A stretch of 64,000 nucleotides of DNA from positions 13,826,001-13,890,000 of the forward strand of contig NC_092672.1 of assembly GCF_964355755.1 (NCBI RefSeq), written 5' to 3'. The notes below the pieces were generated by a model. It worked only from the letters and a program-made list of their open reading frames with translations, searched no databases and was not told the origin of the DNA. Each line of letters begins with the position of its first letter. Position 1 is the first letter of the stretch. Origin of the DNA: Antedon mediterranea. Lineage: Eukaryota > Animalia > Echinodermata. This document shows positions 52,601 to 64,000 of this stretch, in pieces. The translations under genes were made by a program, and so were the position numbers.

Positions 52601-55600
52601 CGGTAGGTTTCTTACATTTATTTTCTGTCACATTTATTCTCTCAATAAATAGCAATTACTGGTGTATGCTTTTTTTTTGGCAAAAACAAACAAGCAAGAA
52701 ACACAATCAGTTAATTATTAGTCTCAGTCACTTGCGGTAGAAACAACGCGTCTTCATTCAAAGGGTTAATAACTTTGTAAAAAACAATCTATTATTTATT
52801 AATTAATTAATTTTATACAGTTGTCAACCAACAGCGATGAAACCGCCACTAACAGGTTAAATCTAAACATAACAAACTATAAAAATTTATTAAAATTAGG
52901 CCTAATTTATTACAAAAAAAAACATTTTAAAATAGGCCTGTTTTTTCTAAAGGGGGGGGGGGGGAGTGTGATTAACTTTGTTAAAACTAAAAAATGGCCT
53001 ATTCAAAAATGATATGACGTGCATTAACAATTGTTTTGTAAATTCTTCAATTGTTATCCACACGAGAGAAATGTTTATACTGAACCTCTTGAACCCTTAT
53101 TGGAACGCTTTATTATTTGTTATCAGTATTGTGACTAAACATTTTTTTACAATTCTATAGTTCTTCATGACACTACAAGGCCTGTCGGAAGAAGACAAGT
53201 TTGAATTGCTGTCATCTGTAACAGACGGAACAATGTCCATTAAAGAGGTTGAAAATAAAGCACGGTCGATTAAGCAGATAAAGGTGATCAGAGGAAAATT
53301 TTTGACAACTATTAAAGTACTGACATGGAAGGAAGCGACCGAAAGATTTCCGGAGCACACGACCGATTCTGCTCTTCGGCCTTTTTTAACAACAAGTAAG
53401 GTTACTATGTTACTAATAGAATTCAGTCGCTGTATTTGTGCTATATTTCTAAAACCAAGTCCCACTCTGTCAGATTTTAAAAATTCGTACAAAATTGAAA
53501 CAATTTAATATTATGCAGTTCGATGCAAAGGTACTTTATTCACACAAAACTACTATCCCTTATAGAAATTAAAATATTGAATAAATAATAATAAAAACAT
53601 TTTAATACATTTCTTTTGAAAGGGAAGTTATCTAAAAGCGAAATTCCACCAGGTTTATTCATGCATTGTCAAGATGCTCTGTTTTGGGAGGAACAAAGGC
53701 AAAGTCAGCCTCAAGCGTCAACAGTTGATATTTTAACAGAAGATGGAACAAGATCAAAGTGTCAAGTTATGTCTGGGCCGTTTATTGGCAGAAAATTGAC
53801 AGATATTGCCAATTCCAGTAATATGGGGTTACATCGTGGCCTGCTCGTACTGACAGAGGTTTGATATATTTTAAATATTTTATATTGTTTTGTATATTTG
53901 TAATTCATTCTATAGTGAGGGGTTTTCAAATTTGAAACTAAATTGTTTTTTTACGGCCTATCAATGTGGCTTTACTAAGAAAGATTTTAATAGATTTATA
54001 TAAACAACAGAACAAATATTCAAACTGTTTTTAGAGATTATATATATTATTTTATAATTCTACCCATTCTAACTGACCCCCCGAAGCCTGACACATGCAA
54101 TTTTTGCATAACACAGTAACATTGAGACTGCACTGGTTTTGTTACTGGTTTTGTTACTGTTGTTATTCTTATTATATTATTTTTTCTATGCTTTTTTTTT
54201 GTAGAAATGTGAAAAAGAAATGCTGATTTCTGATGTCATCGTAGTTGTTTGCAATGACGAGGACCTGCTATACAATATGACTATTTTAAAAGACAATGAT
54301 AGAGTCATGCAAGTACAGTATTGGTACTGCGAAGAACAAGGTATACCCAGTTTGTTATTGTATTTACAAATATAGTTCAGTCATTTTTATTCAATTATAA
54401 ATATAGGTCATTCATTGATTGGCAGTCTACTAAAAAATGTTCACCAATTTGCAATACTAACTGCTTTTTGGTATGAGGTGGATGGTGAGGTAATGGGGTT
54501 ATTTCTTCTTGTTTCTAATAAAAGAAAAAAAAAAAGAAATGTACCATTGATATTATTATTATTATATTCAAATATACAGGAAAGTTAATGTAAGTATGTA
54601 GGCCTACAGTTTAATGATGATTCATATTTTTTTTAGACACCATTCGCACGTTATTAGTAAGCCCTCAACACGAACGCATGATGAATGGAATTGGTGGCGT
54701 CATTAAGGCTAAGTCACTAGAACTGCTAATTAAGCAACTAGTGACAAGGCATAGCAGAGAAGGTCACTTAGTTGTAAATTGCCTAGGATGGAATGGTAAA
54801 TAATACATTTATACCATAACTCATAATAATCATTCATTGATGTTAACCAAAAACATACCGCGTGACAATTGGGCATGTCGCTAAAATTCAATCAAATGGG
54901 AAAAATTCTTGTTCTTTGAGTCATTACTATTGTCGTTTGTACAAACGACATTAATGAACTAACAAAATAATTTAATATTCAATTGAAATCTATTTTATTG
55001 TTATTATAATTACAGTGCTCAAGGAAATAATTTTGCAACGGCGCAATTGTATAACCTTGCTCGAGAATGATGGGGAATCTGAATTAAGATCCAGATTAGT
55101 TCGTTTCAAAGAAGAAATTGAAAACAGCATTCAGCTTGAAAATGGAGCCCAATCGGATGGTAAGTTTAAGTTAAATTAACTTTATTGTTTATCTATTGTC
55201 ATGGATGCTAATACGAAGAACAATATACAAGCGATATTGTATACATTCAAGTCGCAATACAATGCTGATGATTTGATGTTTGTAGTGCAATATACTGCTA
55301 CTTTTTGTTCAGGAATTTTAAAACGGCATATTAAGCTGTATTCTCATAACTTGGACGGCATACTATGCTATCTGTATTGTAAACTTGTATAAACACAGCC
55401 CATGCATTTAATTTTTAATCAATATTCAAAATACCTATAATCAATTTCTGACCCAATTTGAAACATATAGTAATACAAATTTAAAAAAAAAGATTCTCTA
55501 TTTTAAAATTTTGTTTACACAGAGCTTCTAAAAAAATTATACAACTATTTAGAGGTCTATTAAATAATAGGGCCTTGGTTTATTCATCATTTCAGATGAG

Positions 55601-55678
55601 GACGACAGTACAGATGAGGAGGTTGAAGATAATGCGGAGATGGCAAATGAGGAGGACGACTACACATTTCCGGGGTGA
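49699..55678 (+). CDS. 11-exon, ~690-aa protein with a ParB/Srx-like domain, a degenerate beta-class DNA methyltransferase-like domain and an acidic tail (right-arm copy)
   Basis: GT-AG exons 49699-49842, 50351-50585, 51779-52263, 52465-52602, 53161-53395, 53623-53858, 54205-54340, 54407-54484, 54637-54795, 55016-55159 and 55596-55678 join in frame (2073 nt, no internal stop). ParB-like segment: RKIDQDFVKKIQETL..LPVLL..YSLGGNHLRTAL. MTase motif X/I-like segment: KSLELLIKQLVTRHSREGHLVVNCLGWNVLKEIILQRRNCITLLEND. Confidence 0.75.
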
Positions 55679-57794
55679 AAATAGCATTCATGATACTGGA
55701 CACATGCCTTGCAGTCACATTTTATATAACTTTTCAAATTAATTTATTAAATTTATTCTGTGCCTTGTGATGTTTATATATATACTGTATATACAATTGA
55801 GAGACTAGTACTGTTCCGCCGTACTACGACAGTGGTCTAATGGTCATCTGCATATCAAGCAGAATGTTCCGGGTTCGGATCTTGGATTGGGCATTCTCAC
55901 TGATTTCCTCATCTTTATCGTTTAAAATTAAATAATTAAATTTCACTGGGCGGTTTAGAATTATTCTGTGCCTGTGAAATGTATATATCTTTTAAATATT
56001 TTCTACTACAATCACGTATAAATAGTTAGTAATGCATACAATACTTATTTTACTAGAAGCCGAGTTTAATTCATTCTAAATTAATAACCAGTGTTAGTGA
56101 ATAAATAGTTAAAATTTATCAGTTCTTTAATTCTTTGATGTACGGCTGAGAAAAAACACCTTATGAGTGTATTCATGTTTTGTCATTAATAAAAAGCTTG
56201 TATAGCACACTAAAACTTTGTCTACTAATTATTTTTACAGAGAAATTCTTGTATTTCTGAAGTCATAAATTTTATGACCTAATGGCAGCTTCACAATCAT
56301 GTCATAAATATTATGACTTATGTGAAAATAGTCAATACCTTGAAGCCCGGAAATCACAGCCTCATGTACTATAACCAGCGTATTCCGAGACATAACATGT
56401 AGTTTTAAATTGTCATAAATTTTATGACCTAATGACTGCTAAATTAATGTCATAAATATTATGACTTATGTGAAAATAGTCAATACTGTACCAGGAAGCC
56501 CCGAAATTAGTGCTTCCTGTACTATACACTATAACTAGCGTATTCCGAGACTTAACATGTACCTTTAAATTGTCATAAATGTTATGACCTAATGACTGCT
56601 AAATTAATGTCATAAATATTATGACTTATGTGAAAATAGTCAATAGGCAGCTACCATGTCGCTCGAATAATACACGCTGTTATCTGCTGTATATAGCCCA
56701 TCACTTTATAACTTTTTTGTTGAATCTAATATATTATTACCGAGTATAAGGTGGTAAGGAGCTAATAATACTAAGCTTTAGAGCTGAGTGGAAATGGGCC
56801 GCTACTACTGGTAATTACACCAAAGTGTTTTGTGTATGATAATCGAAGTGCAGCTAGCTCTGCCAACAAATGCATGGATTAATACATTCATTTATAAAAA
56901 TAGTTTTTAACACTCAGCTAGCTTTTATCTCATTATCATAAATGAAAACAAAAAAGAATTGCCCTTTTCAACTACAAATAAAAACATATCATCCAAACTA
57001 ATAAACAGAAAAAAGAAACAATTATTCAATCAATATTATAGTTTATCGTTAAAGTAAGTTGATATATTTATGTTTCATTATACATTGTATTAAACTAGTT
57101 AATGTCGATGTATACATTTATATAAAACAAGGTTTTGTTTATTAATATCTCAGCGTTACTAAAATCAAAATATAAAACAAAACAAATTATACGGCAAGTT
57201 TATGCAAATAAAAATAATTATAAGAGGAAATGTTTGTTATCGCTAAATTGTAGTATTTTGATAATATTGAAATCGATAAAAATCAAAATATGCATATTTT
57301 ACGATTTTGTATACATTTTAGCTATGAATGGCCAAAATTAAAGTAAATGTCGATTTTGTTGAATCTACACAGACGTATAATGTTTGTACTGAAAATAAAA
57401 CGTGTTTTAGCTCCCAGACTAGAAGTGGTGTCAGTTTAGCTTAACAGCAAGTGGCTTTTACTCGTAGGGCCCTGTGGCCGTATTCACCAATCACACTTAG
57501 GTTAAGGAAAATACTTATATATGAATCCCCGGCTTGTTACTGGGCAGACCAACAGGGGGGCCTAGCATCTCTATCTAGCCTAGATTGGAGTTATCTACAA
57601 GGTACTGAATAGCTAAGGAAACTTCTAAGGGACCTCTGAGTTAAGGGAAAAATAGACCAAGTTAAGGATTTCACTTATAATCTTAAAACCTTTGTGAAAA
57701 CCACTTTAGTAAAATAGTCTTAGGATTTAAGGGAAATATCTCACTTAAAAGGCACAGTCCTGCATCACTTCGAAGGAATAGAATGTAGCAGTTA

Positions 57795-58838
57795 GGGTGT
57801 CACGAAACCTAAGATCACGAAAGCTAAGACCCAAGACCTAAGATTACAAATATTTATCTTTCGCACCTGCCTTGTATTTTAACTCCCAACATTTATTCTG
57901 AATACCACACCTTAGAATTGGCACTTTCATGAAAAAGAATCACATAAAAAGTAACAAATACATTTTTAAATTGATGATTTTACAGACGTTTTTCTCGCAC
58001 ACAAAATGACTAGCCTACAGTACACTGGTAGGCCTACCCCATGTTCAATGTTTTTGTTTCTATTGAACGTCAAAAGAGCAAAAATTATATAGAGGGCTGA
58101 AAACTCTGTGGAGTCCATCTACAGTGTGGATGGAACAATGTAAAATCAAAATTGTAATGATAATAGTATAATCATGCAAGTACGAAGAAATAAATACTGG
58201 CAAATAAATTTTAACTTAAAAATCATGATAAGTTTTTTTGTTTCATTTTCTTTCTGTTTTTATACTTGTACTATTATTGTTGCTTTTTTGGCGCTCCATA
58301 GAAACAAAAACATTGAGCATGGGGAGCTCGAGGAGTTACATTACAGTATACAAAGAAACACGTCTGTAAAATCATCAATTTAAAGGATTTATTTATTTGT
58401 TATTATGTGTTTCTCCTTCTGAAAGTACTTATAAGTCCTAATTTTAAAGTGTGGTATTCAGGATAAAGTTAGTAAACAAATTTGGAGTCAAAATACAAGA
58501 AAGGCAGGTGCGTAAGAAAAACATCCTCTGAACCAACACATTGGAGTAAATATATACCAACAAACAACCCGTCAAGTTTGTTTGTTGTAAAGAAAAAATA
58601 TACATTTACTCAACGGGCGAAAATAATGTGAGTTTATCTGTGTTTTGCGGTAGTATTAAATTATATTTATGGTAATAAATGAAACCTACTGTGTTTAAAA
58701 TTATGGATGGATAAACAAGTATTGTTTTTAAGCTGTAGTATATCTTAGAATTTGTAATCTTAGGTCTTGGGTCTTAGCTTTCGTGATCTTAGGTCTTAGG
58801 GGGTCTTAGCTTTCGTGGTCTTAGGTTTCGTGACACCC
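57795..58838. mobile_element. Mirror copy of the MULE/Foldback-like MITE
   Basis: Reverse complement of 11174-12217 within the right palindrome arm. Confidence 0.85.
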
Positions 58839-60463
58839 GTAGCAGTTAGCCGTGTAGTCATTGAATGTTGAGTAGATCCTGTAAGAAACATTTTTAAAAA
58901 TAAAAAAAAAGCATTATTATCAACAGCATCATATCATCATCATTACTATCAATAACATCATTATTATCATCAGCATCATCATCATTATAAAAAACATCAT
59001 TATGAATATGTAACACCTGCAAACAAACATGAACAACACAATTTTGCATAAGTATATCCATGACGTCAGAATATACCATTAGTAAAGTTATCGCTGAAAA
59101 CTTTTGACAAAAAGAAGTTATTAAATTCGATATTTTGCTATCGGTGAACGTTGATTTTTTCTGATCGTAACACCAACTTCTGAAAACATTTTAGGAAACA
59201 GTGCTATCCCTGAGTATTTGAAAGCATCAGTACGGGCTCTACCATAATGAAAGGTAAGTATATCTAGGTGTATGTTATTAATAAAAAAAAACATAATCAC
59301 TCATAAAATTAGATCGTGGAGAAATTATTATATTGGCAATGAATGTCTTGTTTAAGAAGTCACGCCTATTCTCTACTGAAATTAGACTTAGCTCCTTTTT
59401 CTATCTAAATAACCTTTCTTTAAGATCATGCAGGTAGCTCTCCTTTAAACGGATTTTAATATATAATCTTGAAGTAACATAATGTCTACAACCATACCAC
59501 GTTGAATACACTGGTTCTCGTCCGAACACCGCAAGATCGGGTCTTGTTCCCGCCTACCCAGTGTTGTAGACTTTTGTTTATCTTTTTAGTAATCCTAAAC
59601 ACAGTCTCTTTTATTTTTAAATGTTATTTTTCGGAAAATGTGTTTATACAGTTGATGATAGTATAAGTAAATTCAAACTGTAACCGCAATTAATCAAAAG
59701 TCTACATCTAAACGGCTATAATATCTTGGGTGGTGACGGAACAAACGTAACAGTACTACGACGCGGGCGTACACCTGTGTGCGCTTTTGTTTCTTAGTAA
59801 CAATTAAAGCAGTCTGAAGCTTTATTGTACTTGCCGCTGTTGTGTTATTATCAAAGAAATTATAACAGAAGAATCTCCTGTTCGTCCGATGCCCATTCAA
59901 AACACAGTACAGGGTTAAAAGATCAAACTGGGCTACGCCATTTCACAGGATGGGAAAACTATTATATTGAACTACTGTGGAGTAGCTGTGCGTCAGGGAG
60001 TTGAGTAATTGGTCAGATGTACATTTGATTTTGCCCTTAAGTACAGCATTCATTATATGACTCATGCTGGTTTCCCTACTACCACCACATAATTTCTTAT
60101 GCTGGTTCATTAACCCTACTACCACCACATAATTTCTTATGCTGGTTCATTACCCACCCCCACATACGGCGGTGTTTTTATCACTCATGCTCTTAAGTAC
60201 AGCATTCATTATATGACTCATGCTGGTTTCCCTACTACCACCACATAATTACTTATGCTGGTTCATTAACCCTACTACCACCACTGAGAGACTAAAAAAA
60301 ACCCCAATTATCCATTAAAACAATCTTATCTAACAAATTGCAGAAATCATCCAGTATGAATACTGATAATGTTCAATCGTTTTAGAGGTAAACTATAGAC
60401 CCTTTTAATCAATAAAAATAAATAAATAAATAAATAAATAAAATAATAAACAAGAATATTTAC

Positions 60464-61792
60464 CGGTTGACCAAAACAAAATTGAAGTAATGTCCTGTAA
60501 CCGATTTTAAAAGGTCGCGGAGATCTTTCAGGAATGGTGGCCACGGTAAAGCTGGTACTGTATTGCCTGAATATTTGTAAGTTAAGCCTGAATTGCCAAA
60601 CGAAACCTGCAGAGAGGAAACCATACAAAGAAAGTCATTTATTATTTGGCGAGATGTAAATGAACACGCCTAAATAAAATAATTTACAGTAAAAGAGTAA
60701 ATTACACCTATAGCTACACAGCGGTAAATAAAGAAAAACAAAGGAAACGATATACAAGTAATTAACAAGTCATTAATACAAAACCACGGATAAAAACATA
60801 ATGGAACTAACCTGTTTTCTAGGAATATTAAACCACTTTCCATACACTTTCACCTTTGCAAAATCACCGGTAAAATAGTCAATCTCTTCCTCACATTTTT
60901 TAAACAATGTATCGGCTGCTCCTTTATCAAGAAGTTGAAGGTAATCACAGTCTAAATTTTCCCCTATTATCTTTTGCACCGATAACTTATCAGGAGGTAG
61001 CAAATGATGTTCTGAATTGAATAAACGTCCTCCATTAACGTTTTTGTCAACACCTCCTTCAACAGTAGCTGCATTATCATTACCAACCTCCTCAATCATC
61101 TTTTGTATTTCACCGTGTTTTTCAATTAACTTGAACCACTGACTCTTTGGAAGGTTTACACCTTTTTTACCGGGTTTAAACTTTCCTCCTTCTTCAGACT
61201 GGTAATAGCGACGAATACACACAAATTGTTCTTCTTTCCAGTTACTAACTACCACATGAATTATGTCCGAAAGGGGGATTCTTACTGCCTCCACCATGTT
61301 AATGTCTCTTTGTAAGTCTTCCAGTGACTGAATAATTAAATCAATATTGTTGAAAAGTTTTTGCCACAGCAGAACGGGTAAATTAATACCTAGAGGTCCA
61401 GGTTTGAAGGCACCATATTCTTCCGTTTAGTAATACTCTCTGAGACAAACATAAACATCGTCACCCCATCGCTGGGCCACTACATGGCGTTTTTCAGACA
61501 AGAAAATCCGATTCTTTGAAGTTATGGAAATCTTTGGTACACCATCGGTCATTACGGCAAAATCTCGGGCGCTCATTCCTGAGGCTTTACTCAAACCTTT
61601 ACACTCATCTGTTTGACCGTTAAAAGATTTTATAGAATCCATTATATTCGCTGATGTAGAAGCCATCGTTGGTAATTTTAAACTGCTACACTCGTCAGCT
61701 TGACCATTAGAACTCCCCATAACTCTTTTCATAGTCCTACGGGCTTTCTCACCAATTGCTAATTTCGGAGTAGGTAAACAGTTGAAACTCAT
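60464..61792 (-). pseudogene. PC4-PC4-ALKBH2-like gene, right-TIR copy; no frameshift, but exon 3 is lost at the 60288 breakpoint
   Basis: The 4-bp difference (GTAGTTAGTAAC) gives the open ORF 60773-61297 (MVEAVRIPLSDIIHVVVSNWKEEQ...). It has the same upstream TAA and is truncated in intron 2. Confidence 0.85.
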
Positions 61793-61951
61793 GTTTATAG
61801 ACTGTAGAGAGTTACAGAGAGTGAAACGAACGATTACGCTTGAATCAGGATATATATGCAGCTCAGTAGAGAAGTAGCCCAGTACAGTAATTAAAAAGAT
61901 AATGATTGTTATTTCCGGTCAATCGTTTCCGTGACACGTGCGAAACACAAT

Positions 61952-62506
61952 TTAAATATCCTCGCACAACAGCTTAAAAATAGCCTCTGAATTAATCAGG
62001 GTATTGACAAGAAAATAAACGAAATGTCTATACCGAGGCAATGAATATTCTCCGTGCATATTTAGTTCGTTGTAAACGGTATCGACTGAAACATACTTCT
62101 TATCCAGAACCTCCCGATAAAAATAGTCAATCTGTTCCTCTAGAGACTTCATACAACAAAAATCATGATCTTTTTGACTGCTCCTGTCAAATTCACAACC
62201 ATAACAAGCCGCTTTACTTAAAACCCAACACTTGGCTAACACTTGAGCAGCAAACAATTGTTTAACCAAACGCTCCATTTTCAACATAAATTCTCTCTCC
62301 ACCTCGTCCACGTACGTGAATATACAACTTGTAGGCCTGTTACTCCTCTCGACTCCTTCATCTATACCGGCGGGGATAACCTCTTCGGCCTCCGTGTAAC
62401 GATCATCTATATCACTGCCTGGAACAACAACAGTCTCCTCATCATCGCTAATTATTATAACATTATCTGCACAACTCCCTTGCGAAAAATATATACTTCC
62501 AGACAT
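61952..62506 (-). CDS. 184-aa TIR ORF, right-TIR copy
   Basis: Identical translation in the ORF track. Confidence 0.7.
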   Translation of the reverse strand: MSGSIYFSQGSCADNVIIISDDEETVVVPGSDIDDRYTEAEEVIPAGIDEGVERSNRPTSCIFTYVDEVEREFMLKMERLVKQLFAAQVLAKCWVLSKAACYGCEFDRSSQKDHDFCCMKSLEEQIDYFYREVLDKKYVSVDTVYNELNMHGEYSLPRYRHFVYFLVNTLINSEAIFKLLCEDI

Positions 62507-63016
62507 AATGAAATACTGAAAAGAGATACTCTACGCAAAAATATGCAAAAACAACTGGAAAATAGTACAACAATAACCGCTTCACTTTGTTACACCGTCT
62601 TAAATCATAAATAACGTAATGACGTCACTCACCACGTACCAGAACATCGCGCCAAAAATTAATAAATAAGAGACAAAGAAACACCTGGCGGAAATTACAT
62701 AATTATTACGAAACCAGGAAAAGAACGACCTTCATTAGAAACACCTGGCGGAAATTACATAACTAGTACGAAACCAGGAAAAGAACGACCTTCATTAGAA
62801 ACACCTGGCGGAAATTACATAACTATTACAATAACAGGAAAAAAACGACCTTCATTAGAAACACCTGGCGGAAATTACATAACTATACGTAATCAGGAAA
62901 AGAACGACCTTCATTAGAAACACCTGGTGGAAACGACCTTCATTAGAAACACCTGGCGGATATTACGTAATCAGGAAATACATCAAGGTCGGGTCTGAAG
63001 TACCTTATTTACTACT

Positions 63017-63854
63017 CATGTTGCCCCAGGCAGACTAATGTAGATTGTTTCTATACGTTTTTCGGTGCCAACATTTGGTTGCACTGCCTACCTAATTAAA
63101 ATGTTTAAACATGTACTGGAGTCAACACATGTTGCTCCAGGTAGACTAATGTAGGTGTTTCTATACGTTTTTCGATGTCAATATTTGGGTGCTCCACCTA
63201 TCAGGCGCTAATGGTCAACCGGGTACTGGAGTCAACACATGTTGCTCCAGGTAGACTATGTAGATAGTTTCTATACGTTCTGGGTGTCAACATATGTTGC
63301 ACCATCATCTGAATGGCTTGTCATCGGTTCTACCTGCACTTAATTTGGGCTGCTTCGTTGACCCCTTCGTTGCCAACTGTGTTGGCCCTTTCAGAGCATC
63401 CCAATGTTCCTTTTTTATGTTTTCCTTTTACGTGCATGCTGCAACGATGACTTGCCATTCATATTAAATAACTTTACAACCAATACTTGTTTCCTTGTTT
63501 TTGTTTATCGGGCTCACATGTGTCAAAATCACGTGATTGCGGGGCGCCCTCGCAATCATCTTTTGACAACGTGAGCATCTCATCCTCTTCACCTCACGCT
63601 GTCAACAGATTACCACGCCAGTTTTTGGCTAAGTAAAATAATTTTCACTTCCCTCCCTCCACTCCCTCTTTATTTTGTTTTCAATTACGGTTTTGAGACA
63701 TGTGTTTTGGCCCTTTCAGAGCATCGCAATGTTCCTTTTTTATGTTTTCCTTTTACGTGCATGCTGCAACGATGACTTGCCATTCATATTAAATAACTTT
63801 ACAACCAATACTTGTTTCCTTGTTTTTGTTTATCGGGCTCACATGTGTCAAAAT
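63017..63854 (+). mobile_element. DIRS/Ngaro copy 2, 3' part including the split direct repeats
   Basis: Reverse complement of 4887-5724. It resumes exactly where 28111 stops, with CATGTT duplicated. Confidence 0.92.
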
Positions 63855-63855
63855 G

Positions 63856-64000
63856 CTATATCAGTGGAAGTGCTTTTACAAAATTGAGAATATGAATATT
63901 TTACATCCATTTCAAAAGCTTCATTATTATTGCGATCTTTTAGACATTATGTGAGTTAAAACAACAGAAATTTAAAAAAACATTAAATATAAATCCACTA
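63856..64000 (+). repeat. Diverged direct copy of 23179-23323 (local host repeat)
   Basis: CTATATCAGTGGAAGTGCTTTTACAAAATTGAGAATATG...AAATCCACTA is shared, with a few indels. Confidence 0.8.

Larger units (their letters stand above)
9728..60284. repeat. Giant inverted duplication (palindrome) with ~25.2 kb arms and a 64-bp imperfect hairpin spacer
   Basis: ORF pairs mirror with constant coordinate sums: 70041/70042 near the centre, 70015 beyond a 27-bp indel, and 70012 beyond a poly-G length difference. The arms end at 9728 and 60284. Confidence 0.97.
28112..63016. mobile_element. Polinton/Maverick-type insertion, rearranged, with core genes absent; TIRs of at least 2.7 kb (28112-30836 and 60288-63016)
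   Basis: Termini 5'-AGTAGT...ACTACT-3', 6-bp TSD CATGTT, long TIRs with sub-terminal tandem repeats, and an empty target site in DIRS copy 1 (5719-5724). 5'-AG termini, short terminal microsatellites and 6-bp TSDs are established Polinton hallmarks. Confidence 0.8.

Overview
This is AT-rich animal genomic DNA with spliceosomal introns, probably from an invertebrate. It is dominated by a ~50.5 kb near-perfect palindrome: arms 9728-34988 and 35053-60284, with an imperfect hairpin spacer capped by a cGAAg loop at ~35020. Reconstruction from the sequence suggests nested insertions. A degenerate DIRS/Ngaro retrotransposon (copy 2, 24939-28111 plus 63017-63854) was split by a Polinton/Maverick-type element with AGTAGT...ACTACT termini, a 6-bp target-site duplication (TSD; CATGTT at 28106-28111 and 63017-63022) and terminal inverted repeats (TIRs) of at least 2.7 kb. 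The TIRs carry a 184-aa Cys/His ORF and an intron-containing PC4-PC4-ALKBH2 fusion gene, damaged differently in different copies. The element's interior appears replaced by a fold-back inverted duplication that copies its left end plus ~18 kb of flank. That flank contains an intact-looking 11-exon, ~690-aa gene with a ParB/Srx-like domain and a degenerate beta-class DNA methyltransferase-like C-terminus, now in two copies. Also present are the last four exons of an acyl-CoA synthetase, a LINE fragment, Helitron/Helentron, MULE-like and Kolobok-like non-autonomous elements, and several minisatellites. No Polinton core genes (pPolB, integrase, capsid) are visible. All protein family calls come from motif recognition by eye, without database searches.
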